Below are positions 1-10,853 of a DNA stretch of 64,000 nt, in pieces. The first letter of the stretch is position 1. Each line of letters starts with the position of its first letter. Source of the stretch: Chrysemys picta bellii (lineage: Eukaryota); NCBI RefSeq assembly GCF_011386835.1, contig NC_088810.1:23002001-23066000 (forward strand), written 5' to 3'. Both the position numbers and the translations under genes were made by a program. The notes under the pieces are model-generated. The model worked only from the letters and a program-made list of their open reading frames with translations, was not told the DNA's origin and did no database searches.

Positions 1-19
1 ATGCAAGGTCCTTCTCTTA

Positions 20-290
20 GGGCTGTTCCACACTAATCCCCCCCCTTCGAACTAAGATACGCAACTTCAGCTACGTTATCCACGTAGCTGAAGTCGAACT
101 ATCTTAGTTCGAACTTACCGCGGGTCCACACGCAGCAGGCAGGCTCCCCGAGCAGGAGTACCGGCGTCAACGGCGAGCACTTCCGGGATCAATCCGGGAT
201 CTATTTATCACGTCTAGACAAGACGCGAAAAATTGATCCCGGAAGTTCGATTGCTTACCGCCGGACCTGGAGGTAAGTACAGACGTACCC
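20..290. mobile_element. PIF/Harbinger-like MITE, TTA TSD
   Basis: GGG...CCC termini flanked by TTA (17-19 and 291-293), internal hairpins, CpG-rich; empty paralogous sites at about 11860 and 23350. Confidence 0.75.
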
Positions 291-409
291 TTAGAAAACT
301 ACTTCATCATTGCCAGAATGGTGTTTAAACTGCTGTCTACACCCTAAGCATCACTTTCTATATCTAAGTATTAAGAAGAACAAAACACTCTATGAAACTT
401 AGTAGAGAA

Positions 410-900
410 TTTCCCCTTATTACATATTGCCTTTGCTTTATCGTCTACATGGTTTTGCAGTTTACACTAATGCTCATATTGTGCTTTGTCTTATTTGATG
501 CTGAATGGTCTATCACAAGTGATTTAATTTGCTGGAAAACAGGATATTGCTTTCAAACTCTACAGTGGCAAGAAATGCATCACGTTGGAGCCAGTGATTG
601 GTTGTAGCTCTTATTCTAACCCTGAAAATACATTTTACGTACTCTGCATTAATACAACTTGGAAGTTTAAACTCTGTAGCTCATTCCTTGAAAGATTATG
701 CTGCATTATAGTATTGGACTTTTGGTTTTCCTTTCCCTTCCATTCCTTCTTTCCAATTCACTGTGAATGAAATTTTGCCCTGTGCAGATGATCAGTGCCA
801 GCCATATCCACTAATCAACCCTTATGTAATGAAGTACATAAGGAAGTAGAGAATCAGATCTATTAACTGAGCAATAGAATTCCGCAGGTCCTCTTTAGCC
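410..900 (+). pseudogene. Solo CBP 3' UTR remnant without CDS
   Basis: Colinear similarity to 4610-5100, including the TGGTTTTCCTTTCCCTTCCATTC...CCCTGTGCAGAT block. Confidence 0.7.
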
Positions 901-1614
901 TGAGATTTTTTAATCTTGTCTAAGGAATATGAATGCCCCTTTCTCCTGTCATATTAACCAGAATGATGGAACTCAACTCTCTATGTGGTTTTGAAATTAG
1001 ATACTTTACATATTTTAATGCAAAATCCAGCAATGCCTTAACCCATGTAAGTACAAGGACACATTGATGGGGGAAAAAAATCCTTCCACAATTAAAAGAA
1101 TGGCAAGTCCTTTTTTTCCCAAGATTCACTCAGAAGTTAAACTATCAATGAAGAAAAATTACGACAGTGATAAAGCGATTGAATTGACTCTGATTTAGCT
1201 TGTTCACTGAAGAGAATAAGTGAAGAGAAGTTGCTAGAAAAGCTCTGAGTTGGTATGACATTTGTATGTTGTTTTTAGTCCACCATGAGGAGGTGAGACA
1301 CCCATGTCAATTGCAAAACAAACTATTTTGCACAGGACACTCCTCCCATTACTGGCAATTGTTGTGATCCCTCTTTAGCTCTGTTAGTTAATTCTTGCAC
1401 CCAGACTGTATGTCACACACATGGAAAATCTGGTCCTCCATTTCTAGTAATATGTAACTGGGCACTCCAACTTCAGCTGTGCTGTATTTTCTTTTCTTCT
1501 TTGTCAGAAAATCAACCTCAATTCTTTAGGAATGTCTATACATTTCTTTAGCGAGCAGTTCTGACTATAGTCGATATCGCTCATGTCTTTCGATATAAAG
1601 TAAGAAAAACTGAA

Positions 1615-1790
1615 TGCCAAGGATTTCAGAAGTGACTGGTGATTCCTAGGTGCCCACTTGAGATACCTTATAGGAAATTGGGCTCCAGAGAGCAGGAACT
1701 AAGCAAATTTGAAATGCAGGGAACTTCAAGGTGTCTGAGGTCGGGCACCAAAATCACAAGTCACTTCTGAAAATCTTGTGTTTCGTGAGA
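1615..1790. mobile_element. Old palindromic MITE-like element
   Basis: Imperfect inverted ends GATTTCAGAAGTGACT / AGTCACTTCTGAAAATC; inverted paralog at about 23515-23685, deleted at about 12020. Confidence 0.45.
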
Positions 1791-1952
1791 GAAGTCTTGG
1801 TCATTGTTGCTAAATCATTAACCTCCCTCCTCTTTCCTTCGTAAACTTCATAGAATCTTTTCTTCCACCTACTTTGATGGTAATAGAAAGTGCTACTGAG
1901 GGTGTAGATAGCAGTTTGAAAACCATTCTGGCAATGGTGAGGTAGTTTCTAA

Positions 1953-2248
1953 GGCCTAGTCTACACTTACCGGCTGGTCCGGAGGCACGCCATCGATGTT
2001 CTGGGATCGATTTATCGCGTCTGGTTAAGACGCGATAAATCGATCCCGGATCGATCCCGGAAGTGCTCACAATCGACGCCGGTACTCCAGCTCGCCGAGA
2101 GGAGTATGCGGCGTCGACGGGGGGAGACTTCCGGCCGCGTCTGGACCGCAGTAAGTCCGGACTAAGGTACTTCGAATTCAGCTACGTTATTAACGTAGCT
2201 GAATTTGCGTACCTTAGTCCGAAGTCCGGACTAAGTGTAGACCAGCCC
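1953..2248. mobile_element. PIF/Harbinger-like MITE, TAA TSD
   Basis: TIR GGCCTAGTCTACACTT / AAGTGTAGACCAGCCC, TAA on both sides (1950-1952, 2249-2251), internal palindromes. Confidence 0.85.
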
Positions 2249-3325
2249 TAAAAGAGAAGGACCTTGCATCCTTTGCTAAAGTAGATCATACTCAGGATTA
2301 GTCTAGTTTCCTCTGGAAGCTCATTCCTCAACCATCTCACCATGACTAAGAAGGCTCTATTTCCATCTCTCATGTCGTCTTCTTGGGCTTTCTTTGTTAG
2401 GAGCATTGTCCCAGAAGAAAACCACTCTCGTGTTAGGGCCTGGATAGAGAGACAGTTCCAAGTTTTTAATCGCAAGTCCTTATACAACACTGCATCTTTC
2501 CTTTCAACTACCCCCACTTTTCACTGAAACTCTGGAGGAAGCGTGCACTAGGTAGACCTTGGCTGTACTGTTCTGACCCTCAACTGAGTCCCTAACCTTA
2601 CATCACCGATCACTTGACTGGACATCTCTTCAGACTGGAATGTCTAATCGCATTAGGCTGAAAATCAGGGGCGGGAACAAATCATATTTACCATTGTGAT
2701 CCTGCGTCACTTCTACTTAGAAGGCTTAGGAGGGGTTTAACGTATGTATAGGTCATGTACCGGCATTGTCTCCAGGAGAGTACTGTAACCACATAAGGCC
2801 TGGTTTAAAGGCCATTGAACTGACTGAAAATTCATCCAAGGATTTCAAAAACATAAAGGCTCAAACACATAGTGAAGAGTTACAAGTGGGGATTCTAAGC
2901 ATGTTGAATAAACTTTCCCATCCTCCAAGGAGTTCCAAGGGTAAACTCCATCGTGCTTCCAATTAGAGACTGGTTTGGGAGTAAAGAACTAACATGGAAT
3001 CCTGTCCATGACAGCAGACTGTACCGGTGATACACCCCTGAGTCACCCTCATCCTGTGAAGTCATTCAAAGCAAAATGAAAGAAATGGAGCTAGATTTAT
3101 TCCTGTGTCGACACTGAGGAAGTTAGTAGGATGATACCAGGAAGGTATCTTGCCCGTAAAGATTGCAGATGACAGGAACTGCAGGGTGTCTCGTGCATGT
3201 CATCCTATGTGGGACTGAGAATTGAGTAACTGATTAACCATGATCAAAGCCATTACAACAATTCAAGGAATTAACCAGGCAAGAAAACATTTTGTTTCAT
3301 TAAAGATCAGGTATCAACGCCAAAA

Positions 3326-3368
3326 GGGTGTTTCCTCTGCTTCCCATTGGCTAATAAAGCACATAAAA
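3326..3368 (+). promoter_or_regulatory. A1 core promoter: GGGTG (CACCC) box, inverted CCAAT, variant TATA (CATAAAA)
   Basis: GGGTG 3326-3330, ATTGG 3346-3350, CATAAAA 3362-3368; exon 1 ends at the GTAAGT donor at 3430. Confidence 0.8.
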
Positions 3369-4060
3369 GTACTTGGAACTGCAGGTTGTTCTATCCACTT
3401 CTCTTGACTTCATCTCCTTGGTGCACCGGGTAAGTCTATTTAACTTCATTTGTATCAATTGTTGTTTTAATGATAGTTTTAAATATGAACAGAATCCTTC
3501 ACTAATACTCTATGATTATAGAGCTGTTGGAGACGGGGGTATCTTGCCTTCCATAAGAGACTTTCTGTAGTTCATCAATTGGTGAGCCTGATGGATGCAG
3601 TCTTAAAAATATCAGATTGGGAATTTCAAATCTACATATCGGATTGGGACCCCCCATTTCCAATAATTACATTCAGGGATTGTCCTCTCTGCCTCTACAG
3701 AACAAGGACAATGGGGGACCATTCTCAGATGTAGAATTTAGGAGGTCCTGGAGTCCACATGCTCAATTCTATCATTAATCTTCTCCCAGGTCACCCAGTG
3801 ACTTACCAAGACTCTGGTAACCTGTCCCAGAGATAAGAACCATTCATTACAAATGGGTTTTGCACTGGCTAATGGCTGCCTTAAGCAGTGAAAAGGTGAT
3901 TTATACTGAATGTGTCAGGAAAGCTTTACAAAGAAGATATAGGGTTGTATTGAAGAGGCTTCAACAAACAGAGCTATGAATCTCCTTTAATGTTGTGAAT
4001 TGTGTATAATGTTTGCTCTGCTCCCCACTGTGTGTTTCAGGTCTACCACAATAACAAAAG

Positions 4061-4459
4061 ATGTCTTCCAGCAAAGCTCTGTGTTACCCACGCCCACCAT
4101 GTTATCCCGACATCTGCCCAGACCCATACGTTGATGCCTGCAATGAGCCTTGTGTCACATCATGCGGTGACTCGAGCGCAGTGGTCTATGCCCCACCGGT
4201 TGTCGTGAGATTCCCGGGACCAATTCTCGCTACCTGCCCTCAAGACAGCGTTGTGGGAAGCACCTTACCAAATTTACCCTATGGATATGGGGGCTCATAT
4301 GGGGGTGGTAGTTTAGGTGGCTCAGTCGGTTATGGGGGTGCTTATGGAGTTGGATACGATGCTAGGTATGGTGGTGGATATGGGGGCTTATATGGGTATG
4401 GGAAGGGATATGGTAGGAAGTGCTATTCTTCCCGCTTTGGAAGCTGTGGCCCATGCTAA
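4061..4459 (+). CDS. Corneous beta-protein (beta-keratin), type A, 132 aa (gene A1)
   Basis: Cys/Pro N-terminus, CBP core box ([33 protein letters not shown]), Gly-Tyr tail ending SCGPC. Intron 3430-4040 (GTAAGT...TTTCAG), ATG 20 nt into exon 2. Confidence 0.95.
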   Translation: MSSSKALCYPRPPCYPDICPDPYVDACNEPCVTSCGDSSAVVYAPPVVVRFPGPILATCPQDSVVGSTLPNLPYGYGGSYGGGSLGGSVGYGGAYGVGYDARYGGGYGGLYGYGKGYGRKCYSSRFGSCGPC

Positions 4460-5194
4460 ACCCAGAAGAAAGATCTACGGAACAAGAAACAACCGGGAAA
4501 TGAAAGAGACGATGGAGATTCCCCTCTTAGCTAATGGAAAATGAGAACCTACAATTCCACATGAAACCAGTGGGGGCGATGTATAAATCAGGCCTATCAA
4601 TGTCTTCCCTTGTTAAATGTTACCTTAACTTTATGGTCTAATGGTTTTGCAGCATACATTTATGTTCATAATGTGCTTTGTCCTATTTGATGCTGAAAGG
4701 TCCACAACAAGTAACTTAATGTGATGAAAAATGGGACATGATTTTCAAATCTGCAGCTGCTAGAAAGACAGCAGAACATCGTGTGTCAAATGCATCACTT
4801 TGGAGATAGTGATTGCTTGTAGCTCCTATTGTATGCCAGAAAATACACTCTCTGTGCGCTGCGTTAATTCATTCTGCAATGTAAACTCCACTGCTCATTC
4901 CCATTAAAAATTATGCTGCATTATATTATTGACGTTCTGGTTTTTCTTTCTCCTCCATTCTTTCTTTCCAAAGCACTCTGGGTGAAATTCTCCCCTGTGC
5001 CAATGGTCAGTACCAGCCCTATGCACTAATCAATGACACGCAAGCCGACAAGTGAGAAGAGAATCAGGTGTATTAATTGCCCAATAGCACTCTGTAGGTC
5101 CTCTACACAGGAGGGTGTTACCCCCTTGTAACATTGTCTCTAATAGAATGGGAATAACTAAATGACTTTCAACATGAATACATTTCCCTGCTCT

Positions 5195-6165
5195 AAATAC
5201 TCTACAGAATCGTATAAATCTTTAAATATAAGGCTGGAGGAGACCTCAAGAGGTCATGTAGTCCATCTGTCTATGCTGAGGCAGGGTTAAGTACAACTAG
5301 ACCATCCCTCACAGGTGTTTGTATAACTTGTTCTTAAAAACCTCCAGTGACGGGGATTCTATAACTTCCCTTGAAAACCTAAAATCACAGCTTAGTTATC
5401 ATGATAGTGAGAAAGTTTATACTTATAAAGAATCATCAAATCATAGAATGATAGGGCTTGAAGGGACCTCGAGAGGTCATCTAGTCCAGTCCCCTGCACT
5501 CATGGCAGGACTAAGTATTCTAGACCATTCCTGACAGGTGTTTGTCCAACCTGCTCTTAGAAATATCCAATGATGGAGATTCTGCAACCTCCCACGAAAA
5601 TTTATTCCACTGCTTAACCATCCTGACAGTTTGGAATTTTTTCCTAATGTCCAACCTAAACCTCCCTTGCTGCAATTGAAGCCCATTGCTTCTTGTCCTA
5701 TCTTCAGAAGTTAACGAGAGCAATTTTTCTCCCTCTTCCTTCTAACAACCTTTTGTATACTTGAAAACTGTTATCATGTCTCTTCTCAGTCTTCTCTTCT
5801 CCAAAGTATATAAACCCAATTTCTGCAATGTTCTCTTGTAGCTCATGTTTCTAGACATTTAATAATTTCTGTTGCTCTTCTCTGGACTTTCTCCAAATCT
5901 TTCCTGAAATGTGGCTCCCAGAACTGGACACAATATTCTATTTGAGGGCTAATCAGCATGGAGTAGATTGGAAGAATTACTTCTCGTGTCTTGCTTATAA
6001 CACTCCTGATAATACATTCCAGAATGATGATTGGTTTTTTTGTTTGTTTGTTTTTTTCTAACAGTGTTACACTGTTGACTCATATTTAGCTTGTGGTCCA
6101 CTATGACCCCCAGATCCCTTCCTGCAGTACTCCTTCCTACGCAGCCATTTCCCACTTTGTATTTT
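5195..6165 (-). mobile_element. CR1 LINE 3' fragments (younger copy 5429-6165 next to an older tail at 5195-5428)
   Basis: Minus-strand peptide [22 protein letters not shown]...LDKHLSGMV typical of the CR1 ORF2 C-terminus; ATTCTATG-type end. Confidence 0.85.
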
Positions 6166-6234
6166 AGCCTCTGATCCTGCTTCATTTTCACTGGCATTCA
6201 CTATTTTGGACGTCCAATCACCACCAAACCGAAA

Positions 6235-7255
6235 CAAAGAAGTCATTAAGCATTCCACATTTTCTGTTATTATTCCCTACCTCCCAACACATTAAGTAAT
6301 GTCCTTGGTCTTCCTCTTGCTTCTAATGTATTTGTAGAATGTTTTCTTGTTACCTTTATGTCTCTCGCTAGTTTGATCTCGTTCTGTGCCTTGGCCTTTC
6401 TAATTTTTTCCCTATGTACTTGTGTTATTACCCTTTTAATTTGTCCTAGTTTCCACTTTTTGTAGGACTCTTTTTTGATTTTTAGATCTTTGAAGATCTC
6501 CTGGTTAAGCCAGGGTGGTCTCTTGCCACATTTCCTATCTTCCCTATGCAGCGGGATAGTTTGCTCTTGTGCCCTTAATAATATCTCTTTGAAAAAATAC
6601 CTTCTTCAATTGTTTTTCCCTTTAGACTTGCTTCCAATGGGTTCTTACCTCCTACCAACTCCCTGATTTAGCTAAAGTCTGCCTTCTTAAAATCCATTGT
6701 CTTTATTGTGCTGCTCTCCCTCCTGCCATTCCTTAGACTCATGAACTCTATCATTTCATGATCACTTTCAACCAAACTGCCTTCCACTTTCAAATTCTCA
6801 ACCCCTTCTTCCCTATTTGTCAAAATCAAATCTCGAACAGCCTCTCCCCTAGTAGCTTTCTCCACCTTTTGAAATAAAAAATTGTTTCCAATACATTCCA
6901 AGAAATTGTTGGATAATCTGTGCCCTGCTCAGTTATTTTCCTAACAGAAGTCTGGGTAGTTGAAGTCCCCCATCACCACTAAGTCCTGTGCTTTGGATAA
7001 ATTTGTTAGTTGTTTAAAAAAAGCCTCATCCACCTCTTCTTCCTGGTGGTCTGTAGTAGACCCCTACCATGATATCAGCCTTGTTTTTTACCCCTTTTAT
7101 CCTTACCCAGAGACTTACAACAAGTCGGTTTCCTTTTTCCATCTCAACCTCAGTCCAAGTGTGTACATTTTTTATATATATAAGGCAACACCTCTTCCCT
7201 TTTTTCCCTGCCTATCCTTCCTCAGCAAGCCGTACCCTTCTATACCAATATTCAA
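6235..7255 (-). mobile_element. CR1 ORF2 fragment (end of endonuclease domain and tether), decayed
   Basis: ORF 6668-6901: ...DLILTNREE...[13 protein letters not shown]...DFKKADF, matching the APE endonuclease SDH motif of CR1. Confidence 0.85.
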
Positions 7256-8134
7256 GTCCAACTCTAGTTGAGCACCCGAGACGTGAGGCATCACAAATCA
7301 CAATCACTTCTGAAAATCTTGGGCTTGGCTATATTCATAGATTTCCTGAGTCATCTTGGTCAGATCAATATCCTCTCTTTGGTCTCTTCATATGCAACTC
7401 TCGCTCAGTTTTTCCTTCCTTAGCTCTCCAATACTGTCTAGCATTGTGGTGTTGACCAACAAGATTGGATTCCTTTACCCTGTATGGCATGGACTTTGTG
7501 CTCCTTCCTATCCACTACAGCCAGCTTGGCATTTTGTTATGGTTCAAGTCTCTCGTCTGGCTCTGAAGAGACCTCTGTTTGGCTGGGACATAGGTGCACA
7601 CCCCTCTGGCCCCTTTGGTTCAGCATGGAAAGGAGCAAAGGGCAATTCAGTCTTTCTTCCTGCTGCAGAAAAAGTTGGAATGTGTGGAAACCCAAACATA
7701 ATTTGACATGACATGAAACGTTGGCTTGGTGCACCCGTGGTGGACAGATTTAGGGCTAGAAGTTGGCAAGAGTTAGCCGGAGATTGGGATACACGTGCTG
7801 AATTTCCATTGTTGTGATTTTTATATTACTATTTTATTTTGCATGTCATGGTACGTTTTCTCATAATTTTGCTGCATATTTAGTTTTTGAAGGGGCTCAC
7901 ATATATTCAGTATTTGAGGTGGAATGATGGGAGGGACGTATGTCTCCCAGCTGTCTGGAATTGAGAGGTGGGTGGGACTGAAAGACTCACCACAGTGAAT
8001 ATCCCAGTTTCCTGGTCCTTCTCCCCTATAGGTCCTAATCCTTTTGTTTACAACTTCAGGCACTAACAAAAAGGCTGCCTATCTCATTCTTCTCAACTTA
8101 TGGTTGAGATGAAATTTCTAACAAGTGGGTGCCA

Positions 8135-9010
8135 AACCGGCTGAAAGTCTGGACTCAAAGACTAGTTATCAATGGTCTATTTTCTAGGTGGGAGGCCATA
8201 TGTAGCAGGGACACTTAGGAGGTTGTTCTGGTTCCTGTACTATGCGATATTTTCATTAATGAGTTGCATAATGGTGTGGAGACGAGGCTTAGACAATTAG
8301 TGGATGACACCAAATTGAGAGGGGTTGCAAGCACTTTGGAGGGCAGGTTTTGAATTCCAAATCTGCTTGACAAATCGCAGAATGAATCTGAAATCAACAA
8401 GCTGAAATTGAATAAATACAAGTGCAAAGTCGTATAATTTAGGAAGCAAATTGTTCTGCTCTAACTAGTTGTGTGATGGTGTTTCAGATGGTGTATTTTG
8501 TCTGGTTTGGGGCAACAGACATTAGCAGGAAAGATGTGGACCAATTGGAGAGAGTCCAGAGGAGAGCTATAAAAAAGAAGAAAGGTTTAGAAAACCAGAA
8601 CTATGAGGAAACTTTAAAGAAAACCAGGCATGTTTGGAATTGAAAAATGAAAACTGGGCATCTGATAACAGTCTTCATGTATATTCAGGGCTATTATAGG
8701 GAGGATTGTGATCAATTCTTCTCAGTGACCACTAAAGGATACACAAGGAGTAACTATCTTAACCTGAGACAACGGAGTCTTAGGTTATATATAAGCATAA
8801 AATTTCTAATTCTAATTCTAATGATAGTTAAGCACTGATTTTAGGTTTTCAAGGGAAGTTGCAGAATCGTCATCCCTGGAGGATTTTAAGAACAGGATAG
8901 CCAAACACCGGTAAGGGTTGGTCTATGCTCTATGTTTACTTGGCCCTGCCTCAGCTCAGGGAGCTGAAGTTGATGGCCTCTAACGGTCACTTCTAGCCCT
9001 CTGTTTCAAA
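8135..9010 (+). mobile_element. Old CR1 RT/3' fragment abutting the A2 3' end
   Basis: Decayed GATGACACCAAATTGAGAGGGGTTGCAAGCAC (DDTKL.G.A) and CR1 3' tail. Confidence 0.75.
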
Positions 9011-9769
9011 GATTCTACAGTTCTGTATAATAATTAGAACAGAGAAATATATTGTAATTGAAATGTATTTAGTTAGTTAGAGTCTATCAGAGACATGTGT
9101 AACAACAGGGTAATTCCCCCCGTAGAGTGCCTGCATAATCCTACTAACCAATTAATGTACCTGATTTTCCTCTTACTTATGGATTTGAGTGGGATTGATT
9201 AGTACATAGGGTTGGTATTGACCATCGGCACAGGGGAGAATTTTACCCAGAGTGCTTTGGAAAGAAAGAATGGAGGGGAAGGGAAAACCAGAAGGCCAAT
9301 ATTAAGATGCAGCATATTTTTTAATGGCAATGAGTGTCGGAGATTACACTTACAGAATGAATTAATGCAAAGCACAGACACTGTATTCTCAGGGTTACAA
9401 TAGGAGCTACAAGCAATCACTATCTCCAAAGTGATGCATTTGACACACGATGTTCTGTTCTCTTTCTCACAGCTGTAGATTTGAAAACCGTGTCCCATTT
9501 TTCATGAAATGAAGTTACTTGTTGTAGAACTTTCAGCCTCAAAGAGGACAAAGCACAATATGAACATAAGAGTAACCTGCACAATTATTACACCATACAG
9601 TTAACGTACCATGTAACAAGGGAAGACATTGATAGGCCTGATTTACACACAGCCCCCACTGGTTTCATGTGGAGTTGTAGGTTCTCATTTTCCATTAGCT
9701 AAGAGGGGAATCTCCATCGTCTCTTTCATTTCCTGGTTGTTTCTCGTTCCGTGGATCTTTCTGCTGGGT

Positions 9770-10168
9770 TTAGCATGGGCCACAGCTTCCAAAGCGGGAA
9801 GAATAGCACTTCCTACCATATCCCTTCCCATACCCATATAAGCCCCCGTATCCACCACCATACCCAGCACCGTATCCACCTCCATAAGCACCCCCAGAAC
9901 TGACTGAGCCACCAAAACTACCACCCCCATATGAGCCCCCATATCCATAGGGTAAATTTGGTAAGGTGCTTCCCACAACGCTGTCTTGAGGGCAGGTAGC
10001 GAGAATTGGTCCCGGGAATCTCACGACAACCGGTGGGGCATAGACCACTGCGCTCGAGTCACCGCATGATGTGACACAAGGCTCATTGCAGGCATCAACG
10101 TATGGGTTTGGGCAGATGTCGGGATAACATGGCGGGCGTGGGTAACACAAATCTTTGCTGGAAGACAT
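9770..10168 (-). CDS. Corneous beta-protein type A, 132 aa (gene A2)
   Basis: Same core box. True start MSSSKDL at 10168; the ORF-track extension lies in the intron. Intron 10189-10749. Confidence 0.95.
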   Translation of the reverse strand: MSSSKDLCYPRPPCYPDICPNPYVDACNEPCVTSCGDSSAVVYAPPVVVRFPGPILATCPQDSVVGSTLPNLPYGYGGSYGGGSFGGSVSSGGAYGGGYGAGYGGGYGGLYGYGKGYGRKCYSSRFGSCGPC

Positions 10169-10810
10169 CTTTTGTGATTGTGATAGACCTGAAACACACA
10201 GGGGTAAAGAAAACACGCAATTCACAGTGGCATAGCAGATTCACAGCTGGTTTAATATGGTAAAACATGATTAGAAGGTCTATTTATAAAAAGATCCATA
10301 TCTGATCCCATTTCTTCCCTTTAACCCTGTTCACCATTCACCCTAAGTCTTCTGCCTAACTAACCCCTGAGACGCCTTCGGACAGTCTCTCTTCCTCCTT
10401 CCCATGCCAAGCAACTTTCCTATATCTTTGGGTCCCATCCACAAACTTTTCTTCATCTACTAAGCCTTTATTGGACACTTTTCCTTGAAGATTTCCCTTT
10501 CCAATCCGCATTTACTACGAATGAAAGGGTCCCAATCCCATATGAAGATTTGAAAATCGCAACATACTATTTATAAGACTGCAGCCACCAACGTCTTCAA
10601 TTGACAAGCTACAGAAAGTCTCCTATCGAAAGCAAGATGCCCTTTGCACCAGCAGATCAAAAATCACGTAGTGTTGGTGCAGGATTCAGTCCATAGTTAA
10701 AACTATCACTAAAGCAACAATTGGAGCCAATTGAGTTAAATAGACTTACCCTGGTCACGAAGGCAATGAAGTCAGGAGAAGTGGATAGAACCACCTGCAG
10801 TTCCCAGCAC

Positions 10811-10853
10811 TTTTATACGCATTCTTAGCCAATGGGAAGCATAGAAAACACCC
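10811..10853 (-). promoter_or_regulatory. A2 core promoter (TATAAAA, CCAAT, CACCC)
   Basis: TTTTATA 10811-10817, CCAAT 10829-10833, CACCC 10849-10853; donor at 10749. Confidence 0.85.

Noticed and set aside
4002-4544. Alternative-frame sense ORFs over the CBP exons
   Set aside because: Frame by-products of low-complexity coding sequence; no start context after splicing.
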